From assembly GCF_009914755.1 (NCBI RefSeq), contig NC_060925.1: DNA of 64,000 bases; one strand, given 5' to 3'. Made by a program: the position numbers and the translations under genes. Of the stretch, positions 29,271-44,343 are shown piece by piece. A model generated the notes under the pieces. It was not told the DNA's origin. It did not search any database and was given only the letters and a program-made list of their open reading frames with translations. The DNA is from the human T2T-CHM13v2.0 reference genome, Homo sapiens. Position 1 is the first letter of the stretch. Every line of letters begins with the position of its first letter.

Positions 29271-30821
29271 CCTGTGTCTCCTTCCTAACACTACCATGGT
29301 TTTCTTCAGGCATCCATGTCCTCCAGGATATAAAGGAAGAAGTTGAGGGATGGATGCAGAGTCTACTATTCTCCACCATTACAAATTGGGCACCTTTGCT
29401 TTTGAATGAGTGACCACAGCCCTGGAAACTTGTATGCTTTGCTAATTGAGGGCAGATGAGCCTCAGGTCAATCCCCCATCAATTATCCACTCAACAACAA
29501 TAAAATGCTAACTTGTATGCCCTAACCCAGTTTGTTTAATTATTTGGAAGTGATTTTGTATCTAAACAACCCACACACTGGACATAAGCAATCCTGGATA
29601 AAATAGAAGTTTATTAAACTCATCTTCATATTTACATAAATTATTTTTTAAAAAGACACCATCTAGGCCAAGACCAGTTTTATTTTTCCCTTCAAAGAAT
29701 AATGTTGAGGATCAATTTCTCCAGCTTAACATCACCAGCCTTGGCAGCAGCTCATATTTGGAATATAAATGATGTCATCTGGTTGGCCTTTTCCCATCAC
29801 AAACAGTAAATCTCTAAATCTGGAGAGATCTTTTATTTGGTTACACATATTGTACAGCATCAAGGGGTTAGAACACATGTGCTAGAGATTATTAAAATCA
29901 TCTGGAGGAGAATGGCTTATTATTGGAAAGCCCAGAACTTATGACCCTTTCATGCCTGGTGTCTCCATCAACTCTTCTTTCGCTCCTACCTTTTCAAAGA
30001 AATAATTGTGGCCGATTGGCCCATGATTATTTGCATACTAAGGTTTTTCTGGTGCACCATGCCTCTTCTCTGGAAAAAGATATCCCTAGCAGAGTATAGA
30101 GAAAGGGGAACAGGATTAGGAATCAGAAAGCCAGTCACAGCAACATGCCAAAATATGACTTTGGGTAACACATTTGAACTCTACTAATTTCACTCTCTCA
30201 TCTATAAAATGAAAATAATAATAACCAGCCTCACAGGAATTTTTTAGATAGATAGTTTTTTAAAAAGTCATTGAATATCTGTTTATCACTGTATAATTTG
30301 CTAAAATCTTTCAATTACATTAGCATTAGTCTTACCTAGCACAAGAAAGACACTCAACAGATATTTGTTGAATAGCATGTAAATTGGTGATATTATAGTT
30401 TGATGGATTCTGAGTCGTTAAGGTATCTATCACACCTCTGAACTTAGTTTTCTTTATTTATAATGTGTATTCAACTGTATCTCTTTTTAGGGTTGTTGTA
30501 AGAGATAAAGAAAATAACATACATGAAGTATCAGTTTCGGGCACTTTGGTGTGTACTTGAGAAAGAGGTTTCCTTTTCTCTGATCGCTTCTTCTTTCAGA
30601 GCTTCATTCTTCTCATTCAACAGAATTGGTCATAATTATAACATTCTACTTGTTGAGGAGATAGCTGTGGGGCAAAGAGAACAGGGGGGCCAAGCTTTGG
30701 TCCTAATTTTCCATCTTCCCAGTTGTGTGAACTTTGACAATTTGGGGGAGTCTGTTTCCCCATTTGAAAAATAAGGAGCTTGTCTAGATCTGAAGTTCCC
30801 AAATTTTTGAAGTTTATAGAG

Positions 30822-30870
30822 CAAACAAACAAATAAACAAACAACAACAACAACAACAACAACAACAAAA
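30822..30870. repeat. (AAAC)n/(CAA)n microsatellite
   Basis: Read directly from the sequence. Confidence 0.9.
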
Positions 30871-31128
30871 GACCAGTACCAACCAGGAGCCTAACATAAC
30901 ATGGTCAATTTTTTGATCTGAGAAATAGATTTTTGAAAAATAACTGTCACTTACCATTACAATCATTTCAAATTAAAGGACAAGGAACTCCAAAAAAGAA
31001 AAAAAAGAAAAATTATGAAATATAAGACATGACTCTAAAATGATTACATTAACCTCATGGGGAAAGATGCTGAATCGTCTTATTGTCCTTATTTTTTTCT
31101 CATTTTTCCACAGACCTGTGAAAACTTG

Positions 31129-31224
31129 TTGTGGACCAACATGGGTCTTCAGAGTAGTACTTGGGAACCTGTACTGTTCTGTATTGTGGACCAACATGGG
31201 TCTTCAGAGTAGCACTTGGGAACC
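31129..31224 (+). repeat. 41-bp direct duplication with a 14-bp spacer at the end of a hAT-like fragment
   Basis: 31129-31169 and 31184-31224 differ at 1 base. Confidence 0.95.
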
Positions 31225-31899
31225 ACTGGGATGCATGACATGGAAGGGCTCTTCTAGCACTATGTCCTGTGATTCTATCATAATTCCACCATGGTGAAAA
31301 GCTGGGATACTTAAACAACAGTTTGTTTAGGTGAAATCAGTAAAACAATGATCTGATTCAGCTAAGAAGCTGATCCCTGAAGTCATTTTGCTGAACTGAA
31401 TGACTCTAGATCTTGATAGGAAGTATAATTTAGTCAAAACAATCTAAATTGTTATGTGTGGATTGACACATATGAGTTGTTCCCGCAGGTCTTCAAAATA
31501 CTTCCTTGCCCCTAATGAGGCTGACTCAGGCTTTGTTCCCCACCAACTATAAATTGATAAGTATCACACTTGTACCTACCTACATCAAAATGAGAGAGAT
31601 ATGTGAGTGAGCCAAACATATCCAAAGCATTCCTAATTCAGGCACTATGTGCTCACCCTGAGGTTAGCTTCTCTGACACCTTCCACTCTCTAATCTTGAG
31701 CCAAAATATGTCTCTACACTCTACTGTGGTGATCTCAAAGTCCCTGTATGAATGCCTCATATTTTATCACCAAAATTCTAAATAGAGACTCTCTGTTTCA
31801 TGGTTAGCACTCATTTCTACCAAGCTTGATCATCTGAGGTGGACCAAATTAGAAATAGGCAAGCAAAATAGAGGTAGGAGAAGCTATTAATACAGGTCA

Positions 31900-32292
<393 letters not shown>

Positions 32293-32519
32293 CTAACTGT
32301 AAGCTACTGAGGACAATAATAGATGTTCATATCTTTGGTTCTAAGTCATCAAGAAAAGTTTAAACTATGTACAAGAACCTTCTCAAGGAAGCAGATAATT
32401 CATTGAGATAGATGCTTGGGGGTGAGGGCAAACCTCAGCTATCAGGAAATTCATCTCAAGTTAGCAAACGTGAATTCTCCTGTGATCCTAGGGTAATGAA
32501 GTAGTAACAGCAATAGAAA

Positions 32520-32770
32520 CAACCATAATAATGGCTGGCTACTGCATTGTACTCTGCCTCTTAGGAGTACTTCCATTTTCTCATTTAATATTCAGATCAA
32601 CCCCATGAGGAACAAATAATAATTTTTATTATCCACTCATTTCTCCAAGTGAGGAAATCAAAGCTCAGCTTGGTTAAGTAGCTTGCCAAGACAGCAGAGC
32701 TAGTCAGTGGCAGAGTAAGAATGCAAACCCTAGTCTTCTAACTTGAAGCCCAGTGCATTTCCCACCCTCT
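32520..32770 (-). mobile_element. MIR
   Basis: tcatttaat...caaccccatgagg...gaggaaatcaaagctcag...gctagtcagtggcagag. Confidence 0.7.
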
Positions 32771-34329
32771 GATCTTCTCTCATCCTTATAAATAGCCATA
32801 AGACTAAGTAGTTCAAAAATATCTTCTTTCTGGTTCTCAGGCCCATTACAAATGCCACTTGCCCTGGGTAGGAAAATAAAGCCCAAGCTCTTTGCTGGAC
32901 TATGTGCTAAGTCCTTGGCGCCCAGAAATAACCTCCTGGAGACTATGGGCCTTATATTTACCGCAAAGCAGTGGGTAAATAACTAGTTGGTGTTTTAGTG
33001 TTTTGTGGTCACTTAATCTGTTGTGTTGCTTCCCAAGACTCTGAAGGTTTCCTTTTTCAGTTAATTCTTATTTACGTTTCTGAGGTCTGTGTTGTTTTGG
33101 GTTTGGTTCATTGGATGTTTTTCTTGGAATGTGTTGCCATTGGCTTCAGGATGTTCCTGCTCTGCTATTTCATGGAATTTTCCCCGAGTGTGGATTGCTA
33201 TGTATTTCTTCGGGGCAGTGAGCCAAGGCAGTGCTGGTATGTAATCTGTTCCTCTGGCCAGAAGACTTCTTGTCACCCATCCACATGGTGCTTGGTTGTA
33301 TTTCTCCACTGATAATTCCCCTCCATCTGTTAATGTGCAGGAACCTTGGACTTCAGCCATCTTGTGTGTTGTGCGTTATTGGCTCTGGATAAGACAAGGC
33401 CAGTTGCTTCTGATAGAGATTGTGTCAACTGATTCTACCAGTTTGTTCTATCAGCCCAGGGTTGGGGAAGGAGATAGATGCCAAGTGTCATAGAAAGAGT
33501 GGAGAAGGCTCACAGGGTTAATGCTATAGACAAAGCAAGAATTTGTGATTGAAAACGTCCAGCCCTTCACACAGCCCTATGCCCCAGTAGGAGAAGAGCC
33601 AGGAATGCCAGGTGCATTGAAAACACCACACTCTCCCATGGCTCTCAGCGAGCCTTTCTTCCTTTGTCTTTGACAATCCAATACAAAGTATGTGCCAAAG
33701 AAAAATAAGAATTTGTTCCATATCAGAAAGTTTCGTTCTTTGGATATTTTCTTTGTGGGTAAAAATAAAATATTAGAAAGGTCAAATAGTGTTTGTTCAA
33801 TAAAATGGTATGCTTCCCAAGGCTTTCAGCCTAATTAAGATACAAAGCACACATTGAGGCAGAAAGTTGCCCTCGATAAATTCTTTGTTTGGCTATTTTA
33901 TTTATCGTACTTCATTCCATTGTTTTGTGTGTTGTATATCTTACTCTTTCCATAAGGAATTTGTGATAGCTTACAAAAATGTGTCAATAAAAAATAAAAT
34001 ATCTTTAAATCACTGGAAGCATCAAGGTGAATGGATAATATTAAAGATATGAATAAGATTAGGGTTAGTATTTCATAACAGATAACCCTGTAAAATTGTT
34101 AAAAGCGATTCATCAAATTGACTAAAAAAATCCTACCGTTTATCACTTGAAGTGTGCTGTGGCTCTCTAATCTATAGGTAGTCTAAATTGGGTGCATTTA
34201 AGAATCTGCACAGTTTGATTTTAATTTGGAGGTGAAAGAGGCCAACTCTAATCCCCACATTGACTTCACATGCACTGGCGCACATCTGAAGGTCAACAGT
34301 TTTCATATTTGCAAAGAGACAAGAGGAGA

Positions 34330-34560
34330 ACTAATACTTACTAGGTACCTAATACATATTAGGCATTGTACCAATAATTTGACATTTAATAATTCATTGA
34401 TATTCTCAACCACTCTATGAGATAATAATTACCTCCATTGGACAGATAACATAAGCAAAGCTGAGTAACTTGGGCAAGTGTACTCAACTAGTAGGGACAA
34501 AACTAAGATCAACACAGGTATATTTGACCTCAAAGTCAACGTTCTTCTCATACTGTGCCT
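34330..34560 (-). mobile_element. MIR
   Basis: aggcattgt...ctcaaccactctatgagat...acagat...aactagtagggacaaaactaagat. Confidence 0.65.
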
Positions 34561-35750
34561 GACAGACAGGTAAGAGGGTATGGAATATGCTTCCCCCAGT
34601 TGATGAGTGTCGAAACTCTCAAACAAACGTGGTTTATTCTGAGCTTGCCCTCAAGCTGTAGGTTGACCAGGAAATAAGTATAAGTTCAAAGCAGATCACA
34701 GTGTTTGGAAGTTAAGGTCAACAGAAAGACATATCTGTGGTTATGACACTATACACTGCCATACAAATGTCCTCCAACCATTCCAGAGAGAACATAGGTA
34801 AGTTCCTCCAAATTGAAGACATTCATAAAAATAAAAGAATAAGAAGCTATAGTTGTATATGGAATGAGCAGTCATATTAATCAGACAGAGAATGGCTATG
34901 GTGTTTGTTGTACCTTCCAGTCAGAGCAAACCAGTAACATTAGAAATCTTTGTGGTCTCCAAAATTCTTGCATCTCTGACCCTTCTCAAGTGTCATCCTC
35001 TCTATTTTTCCCCATTTTCCCTTCCTGGCAAACTCCTACTTATTCCACAATTTCTCAAATGCCACTTCTGCAACGACTTTTCTCTGTCTCTCATATGACC
35101 TTAAAGAGCTCTCTTTTCTGTGCAGTTACTAAAGTTAGGTACATCCACATCATACAAATTCATTACTATAATTTTGTATGCTTCCCCCAGTTCCTATTGG
35201 ATAGTGAACAAATATATGACAAAATATATATTTTCATCTTCTAATTTCTAGTTAGATTATTTAATTTTTAAAACAACTTTTGAAAGTAGCAATTTTTACT
35301 ATTCTCATTTTACAGATGAGGAAAATGAGATATAAAAGTATAGAGTAACTTGTTCAGTTATAAAGCAAGTACATGGCAGACTTATACCCAAGCAGGGTGG
35401 TTCCAGAATCCTTACTATATAAATATCCTCATCAGACCTGTCTGAACCCCAGTCTTCTATTTCTTACTCTTCTTCCAGAGAAGGTTCTTCTAATCCTCTT
35501 CTCCCAACATCCCCACCTCTTCTCTCATCACAACTTGATTTCTTCCTCCCACAAAGTATGTTGACTCCCACCTAATTATGGAGACTAATACGGAGTTAGC
35601 TGGAGCCCTATCCTGGCTCCAGGGTCCAAGTGCTCCTCTTACAACCCTCAGGCTACTCAGTATACAAAGGACTCTCCAGCTATGAGGGCCCACCCATCAT
35701 GGGAGGGAGTGGGGGTTTATAAATAAAAATTATAATATTAATAAAACATC

Positions 35751-36172
35751 TGCTTCAGGTTGAGCTCAAAAGAAACCAGACTCTGAATTGAAGATTAACA
35801 TATAGGACTTTACTGGGGAGCTCTTGCATACTTAATTGGGATGATACTTGTGGAAAGGGAAGAGAAAAATGCAGGGTGGGCAGAGTGAGAAGCTGAGCTG
35901 TGATATATAGCTCCAACAAAGGCCTCAGCTTACCCCATGGGGAGTTCTGGTGTTGGTATGGTCTTTCAGAATTATACCAATTTGGGATACAGTGGCCAGG
36001 CCATAGATCAGTCATAGGAGGCAGGTTGACTCTCAAGAGGAGGTGTGACCTTGACTAAGGAGGGCTGAAACTGAGGGCTGTCTTCAGCATCCCTTCCTGC
36101 AGCTGGGGAAGTTAAGTCCTCCATTCCTGAAAGGAGACAGGGGTTCCATGTGGCCATAACAGCATCTATCCA
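35751..36172 (-). mobile_element. LTR16A/B-type ERVL LTR
   Basis: gggcagagtgagaagctgagctgtgat...caacaaaggcctcagct...ggggagttctgg. Confidence 0.75.
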
Positions 36173-36734
36173 ACATCCCATCCTTTAAACACCCAGCATC
36201 CTAATATTCTAAGCACTGTAGCAAGGCAATTAAAGCAATTAAGGCTTAGCAACGTAAAGTAACTTGGCAGAGGTTACATAGACAGTAGCAACTGAGTTGG
36301 TACTGGAACTCAAGCCTGGCTGATTGCAAAGCCTATGTTCCTTCTCCACATCAACTTATCTCCCTCTGGCACATTATAAATTGTATGACAGCATGTATGT
36401 GGTAATCTTTTGAAGACCAGAAATACACACTCATAGAACTGATCTCTTTCCAGAACTGCACTCTTCCATCATCCCCCAAACAAGCAATTCCCTCTGAGCC
36501 CACACACCCTCTTGCTCTCATTTTCCACATGTTTACTTGGATGTAGTCGCCAATTACATACTAGGCAGATGTCATCTGGAAAAGAAGCCACAGTCATTGT
36601 CAAAGAAAAGTTAAAACTGCTCTCAAATTGGACTTGATGTCTAGTCTGGTCTACAGTTGAGGCTACTTTGCCTTTAAAAAAATATTAGCAATCTTTCCCA
36701 GAATGTGGTTCATGAATCCTTTGGGTAAAACTAT

Positions 36735-38185
<1,451 letters not shown>

Positions 38186-38833
38186 GTCTAGGATCGCTCA
38201 GTCAACATCGAGTAGAGGTAGGATTTTTTTCCAAGTGAATTATTTAAAATACTGAATGGATAAGTGGAATAAACACTTTTTAAAATAATTTAATGGAAAA
38301 AGAATGAAGTATTTGAGTATGTGGGAAGAGTCCAAGAGCATATTGGCTAAGGCTGACTGCATGAAGATAATGAATCTTGAATATGAAAATATGAGGACTA
38401 CAAGATGCCTTAAGGGAGGAAGAATATGACTTATTCAGTATGTACCAATGACAGGCACATGGTACCTGCCTATGATTCTCACAATGGTTAGAAGAGCCAG
38501 ATACTGTCATTCCCTTTTCTCACAGAAAGCATTGAGGCTCAGGGAAGTTCCATGACAAAGAGTGCATGTGGCATAGCTGGGAGCTGATCCCTGAGAGATC
38601 TGATTCCATATTGTTCCTGTCTGTTCCCCCACACTATGCTACTTCCCATCTGGTCCCCAACCCCTCCTCACTCCTTATTTTAAGAAGGAGGAAGTGAAAT
38701 TTAGAGAGGAAAAATAACATATGGAAGCCACAGAAGGAATTAGTGGCAGAATCAGACCCTGAAAGTATCTTCTGGGGCTCCCCAGACGGTGCTTTTTCCG
38801 TTGCCCCATGCAGTGTCAGGCCACGTACCCTTG

Positions 38834-39059
38834 GAGTAGAAGAGATCTTTCAGGGTGGGCTACATGGTCCCTGACACTGAAAACTGAGGGTCCCAAGACA
38901 AATTTAAGGAGAATTCTTTTCTGTGAAAGGAAGTTTGAACATCCATACAGTAAGGCGGATGATTCTTCCACAGCAACTGAAAGAAAAAAAATACAAGAGA
39001 AAGGCCGAAGTAAAGTTTTTAGTCATGGTGAAGCACTCTTGCTCTTTCTCTGACTGTAA
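38834..39059 (+). repeat. Non-TE segment A-B; duplicated as inverted A' (39780-39965) and direct B' (40145-40195)
   Basis: ctgaaaactgagggtcccaagacaaa...aaggaagtttgaacatccata...tgattcttcc vs the reverse complement of 39780-39965; gaagtaaagtttttagtcat...tgtaa vs 40145-40195. Confidence 0.85.
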
Positions 39060-39460
39060 TTCCATTAAACAAACGTTTATGAAGCACCTTCCGTAGGTTG
39101 GATATTGTGTTAGCTGGAACATCACGCTGGCTGTTGAAGCTTCAGGGAGGAATCACAGATATTTCCAATGCTGGAGAGTCTCACAGTATTGTGGGAGACA
39201 CCAAAGGAAGCAGAATTCCAATGTGGAATGCGTCATCAAAGCTCAGATAGGAAAAGCCCAAGGTGGTATGGAAATCTAGAAGATAAATCTAACCCATTCT
39301 GGGCCTGATAATATGGCATCTGAGACCAGTCTCAAATGACTCATTAGAATTAACTAGTAGAGGAAGGAGAGAAGGCAGAAGGAACAGTATGTGTCACACA
39401 CCCAGGGTGTGACTTCCTGAAGAACTGAAAAATATTCCCGTATGACCGGAGGCAGAACGT
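39060..39460 (-). mobile_element. L2 fragment
   Basis: cattaaacaaacgtttatgaagcacct...ggagagtctcacagt...gaagaactgaaaaat. Confidence 0.65.
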
Positions 39461-40679
39461 GAGTTATAGCTTATAATGCCTTGCGAGTTGGCAACTGCCC
39501 CTCCCACTCTTGGATTCTATAGTTGGTCTTATTGAAATATCTTAAGTTCAGGTTTTAAATATTTTTTAAAACCCCATGAATTTATCATTGCTATCTTCTT
39601 GTACCTCTACAAGTCTGGAGAGCCCTGGCTGGGGATCAGTGGACCAGAGACTATAATTTTCTGAGTTTGCCCTAGGGAGCTATTACCACCGATATTTCTG
39701 CACATCATCTCACCCAGTGCCTGGCCCACAGTAGGTGCCCTATAAATGTTTAATGAAGCAGTAAATGGTGTTTCTCCTCTACTTCTGCTTGTTTCTTTTT
39801 TCTATTATCTTTCTTCCAGCTGCTGTAGAGGAAGAATCAGCACCCCACTCTATGCATGCTCAAACTTCCTTCCTTCAGATAGATTTTTCTCTCTCTTTGT
39901 CTTAGGATCCTCAGTTCTCAGGCCTGGGGATGGGATATAACCCACCTGCAAATTTGCTCCCACTCGGTGGGGAGGGGTCTCAGTCCTTGACAGCTGATGG
40001 AAACCTTGGTACATCACATTTTTTACATCTATACCCAACTTACCAACAATTCCTTGAGGACAGGGAATCTCTGAATTTTTCATCTCTGAATTTCTACTAT
40101 AGACCAAAGAAGAGTTTATTTAATGAGGAAGAAAGGAAGGAAAAGAAGTAAAGTTTTAGCCATAATGAAGTCCTCCTGCTTTTTCTCTGCTGTAACTGCT
40201 ACCCAGATACTCTGCTAAAACTGCAATGACATCTTTTCTTTCCCACATGGACAAGTTTGTCATGACTCTTGTGTTTATATTTCCCAACCCACTCTGATTC
40301 AGAGGAAAAAAATAAAGAGGACTCCATAGGAAAGCGCAAAGCCCAAACAGCAGAAGGCCGGGTGTGGGGAAGATGCTGAGTGTGGGAGTCAGCTTCCAGC
40401 CGCAAGCAGATGCTGGATCCTTCTCTCCAGTTCTTCCTTGATTTCGTTTCCTCCCCACTGCAGCCAAGATACATCCTGAGCTGTGACAGCTGATGGAAAC
40501 CGGGCAGAGGAACCCATGGAAAAGTCTGCAGAGGCAGGATGAGTCTTGAGCCAGGTCTTTCCAAAACCCAAAATGAAGGTGACTGTGAGGGACTTCCAGC
40601 TGCCGCTAAGATGATAAAGTTACCACCATTTCCTCCAGTGTCTGGTTAAGTCTTCTCTGAAATTTTGCTTCATCAATCA

Positions 40680-42370
40680 TCTCCTCTTTGAGCTCTAACC
40701 TTTCCTTTTCTTCTGCAGCATATAAACCTAATTGAATCTCTTTCAGCCAAAAGGAATGTCTTTTAAAAAAATACTATCACCAACGACAAAAAATGAAAAA
40801 TTAAATGTGTTTCTGAATCTCCATTTATCTTTTATCAAATTTCTTTTCTTTCCCATCCAATTTTTTTAAAGAGTTGTTTACAGTCTCTGGCTCTATTTCC
40901 TTATTCCTCATTGACTTTTCCATTCCCTCTGCCTCTTCTTCCTCTCTCCAAATCATCAATTCCATTTTGCACATTTCTGTCTTTAGCTTATTTGACATCT
41001 TGGCAACATTCGATCCTCTTGGCCATTCCTTCTTTTCCATTGTCATACTTAGACTTTTCAGAACTATTCTCTGCTAATTTTTTCTCTCTCTGGCCAATCT
41101 TTCTCAGAGCTTCTCACTGCTTCCCTTGCTCTCCCCTGTAATATTGATGTTTCTTATATTTATATTTTTCTTGGTCCAGTTTATTTCTTCTCTCTCCTCA
41201 TTTAAGAAACATTTTTGAGTACTTTCTATATACCAATCATTGTTCTAGGTAACTGAGGATTAGCATATAAATTCACAGTCCTTTGGAGATTGGAGTATAG
41301 AGGGGAGCACAGGATTTCCCGTTTAACCACTGTTACTAGAAAATTTAATCTTTATCCATCACTTCACCTGCCATCAATATGCTCCTAAATTTATAATCTA
41401 GGTTTCAATTCTGAATTTAAGCCTGTGTTCCAGACTCATACTGCCACCCACCTACCTTGTACGTTATTTCCATTACATTTAGGAACTGGATCAATTTTGT
41501 TTATTTAAATTAAATTAATTTCTTTCAGGAAACCTATTCCTTTTATTTCCCATCTCTGTTAATGGCATCATCACACAACCAGCCATTTAAACCCTAAACT
41601 TTGTAGACATTTAAGAGTCTGCTGTTTTCCCCCCATTCTTCAACCAAATCAATTTCCAAGCCATAGGGATATCACCTCCTAAACATTTCTTGCTTCTATA
41701 CCTCCCCTTTGCAACAAATTTGTGAAAACCTACTCAGGTCACCATCATTGCTTCCTTCCCTTTTTAATAAGCACCTATTAGCCCTATATCAATTTATCCC
41801 TATACAGAATGAACTTTCTAACATAAAATAATTGATCATGTTGCTGACCTGCTTAAAACCCTCCAATTGTTCCTTGCTGCCCAAGTAAAGGCAAAACTAT
41901 TACCAGCTAGCAATGTCCTCCATGTTCTAGACATTCCATGATCAGGGCCTTGCTAACATTTTAGCCATATTTCCCCAACCCCTTCCTGCAGAACCATATA
42001 ACCCAATGCTACAATCAAACTGTGATTTTTAGAGTTATTCAATAGAGGTGTCTCATCCTTATGTCTCAGTGACATTGCAAAAACTCTTCCCTCTTCCTGA
42101 GACACCATACCTTTTCTTTCTTCTTTTAGACTGCTCTGTTATTCTTCATTATTCAGCTCTTTGGCTAAAGTCTTTTCTTACTCCATCAAGCATAAGTAAT
42201 TTATTTCTTATAACATTTTGCATTTATTTAATTTGCAGCAACAATCATATTTTTAGAAACTATTTGCTTTGATTTTTAAGCTCATAAAAGTTATAAATTA
42301 TACAGTTTTTCTGTTTTATTCTCTGCTCTGCACATGGCACATATCATTGATGCTACAAAAATGTGTTTAT
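40680..42370 (+). mobile_element. Long degraded L2
   Basis: gacatcttggcaacattcgatcct...gttaatggcatca...gatcatgttgct..cctgcttaaaaccctccaa...catggcacata. Confidence 0.7.
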
Positions 42371-42509
42371 ATAATAAGCCCTGGAAACCAAACTCTTTCT
42401 TATGGATTCATTTTAATTTGCTAGGATTTTAATTTCACAGTGTCATTTTTATTTTGTCATCTGGCGGGCAATATTCTTCAAGTGTATATCATCAATGGAT
42501 ACAAAATGT

Positions 42510-43420
42510 TTTCACTAAAATTGAACCTGTCACTGGTGAGTGCCCAACCTGATAACGGAAGAGGTCATTGCTGAGCTCCTAATGTGGCATTATTTCTGGG
42601 GGATCGGCTGGTCATCTAGTAGCAGGTTGATTATCTTGAACCCATCTCATCATGATGGGGGCACTATTTATTCTGATAGGGATAAACATATATTCCAGGT
42701 AAAGATTTTCCTTCTCTGCCTGCATACTTATAACAGCTCTACTTTTTGTGGTCTTACAGAATAACTTATGTATTGTTATAATGTCCAGTATAATTTTGCT
42801 TCCAACTAATGAAAATATTTCATAACAAAGAAAGCGAGACAGTGGGTTCCCACTCATAGAATTCACTAGCATTACCATGTGCCCCATTGCTCAGATATAG
42901 CTGGCTTGACAAAATGATAGAATGGCCTAATAAAGGCTCTCTTTTGGCACCAGGTAGAAGACAACATCCTATAGAAAAAGTTTTGCTTGCCAAATCACCA
43001 CCCTGGGCTCAGAAAGCTTGGGTTCCTACTGCTCCGAGGAAGAAATACTTCCACCAGAGAAAAAGTTCTATTTCTGTTGAATGAAAAGCTGAGACTACCT
43101 CTCCCCCATATGTTAAGTCTTCTTGAGCTGCTGAACCAACAGAGAAGAGTGTCACTGTTCCAGCAGAAGTATTCAATCCCAATTACCAGATGTAAATTGG
43201 GGTGCTACTACTACATTACAGTGGTGAATAAGGCTGTGTCTGGAGTTCAGGGGGCCCTTTGGGGTACTTCTTGCTCTCCTTTGAATAGTCCTATTCAATG
43301 GAAAACTATACATCACTCAAAACAGGATCTTCAATGACTTAGATATCATAAGAGTAATGATTTGGATTACTTCCATAAATAAAAAATGTCATCCAGCTGT
43401 AGGCCCTGGCCTAGGGTGGC
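42510..43420 (+). pseudogene. ERVL internal relic: degraded integrase followed by dUTPase
   Basis: gagtgcccaacctg (CxxC), agcaggttgattatcttgaaccc (QVDY..P), cattaccatgtgccccat...gctggcttgac...aatggcct (YHVPH..AGL..NGL), aagctgagactacct...ctgaaccaacag (KLRLP..LNQQ). Confidence 0.8.
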
Positions 43421-43799
43421 TTTTGTAGAGCTAAGGACCGACAGTGGCTATTCTTGGCTGGCTCAAAGGACACAGGCAAACAGCTGACCACAGGGTTAGG
43501 TTACAAGATAGCAAAAAGAAGAGAGTGTTATTCTCTCAAGTTGCTAAGGACATTTCCAATATGATAATTTTTCTCCATATAGTAACAAAGAGAACTTAAT
43601 CATCTGTGAACTAGACCAAGAGGGGGAAATGGGTATTAACTTGAAAGAAAAATATGTCAAGAAGCAAACCCTTTTTCTCAACCCCTCCACAAACTTTCTG
43701 TGGTCTTCTCCATTCTATAACAATGTCCTAGTGCACTCTATTGTTTAAGTTACAAATTCAGGGACGTCTTTTGCCTTTTCCTGTCCTCACCTAAAGTTG

Positions 43800-44030
43800 A
43801 GGGAGCCTGGCATACTGCAACAATCCAGACCGACAGACTTGGGTTCAAATTGCAGCTCCAATACTTTAGAGGGCTGTGACCTTGGACAACATATGTTCCA
43901 TTTCTTACTCTCAATTTCTTCATCTGTAAAATGGAAATAATGATACCTAATAAGTCTTAATTAGGGACAATATGAAACAACTAATATATTGAACTGGCAT
44001 GACTTGTAGAACAATTAAACACAACTTTAT
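43800..44030 (+). mobile_element. MIR
   Basis: gacttgggttcaaat...gctgtgaccttggacaa...catctgtaaaatggaaataatgatacct. Confidence 0.8.
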
Positions 44031-44343
44031 TTCCCATCATCCCTTTAAAATGTTTTAAGTGGATGTGATCTTCTCATTCTCCTTGATGAAAGAAAAAGTG
44101 CACATCCCACAAGTTTTTATTTTTTTCTTTTTGTCTTAGGTGATAGATAGTCCCAAAGTTCTGTAAGAAACAGAACCTGATTCCTTAGAGACATCAAACA
44201 AGGGGAAAAAACAAAAATAATTAGGCCTGGGGAAAAATAAAAAATATATAACTATCATATTTGAAAATTATGTAAGTATTGATAGGAAGCCTAAAATAAT
44301 CTATCGACCATTTTTTAGAAATAATAAGATGTTTTTAAAATGT

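Noticed and set aside
31129-31224. CRISPR-like repeat-spacer-repeat
   Set aside because: Only two units with a 14-bp spacer, in primate DNA with no cas genes
39988-40501. 18-bp repeats as the TSD of a retrocopy
   Set aside because: No poly(A) or poly(T) next to either repeat and no L1 endonuclease-type site
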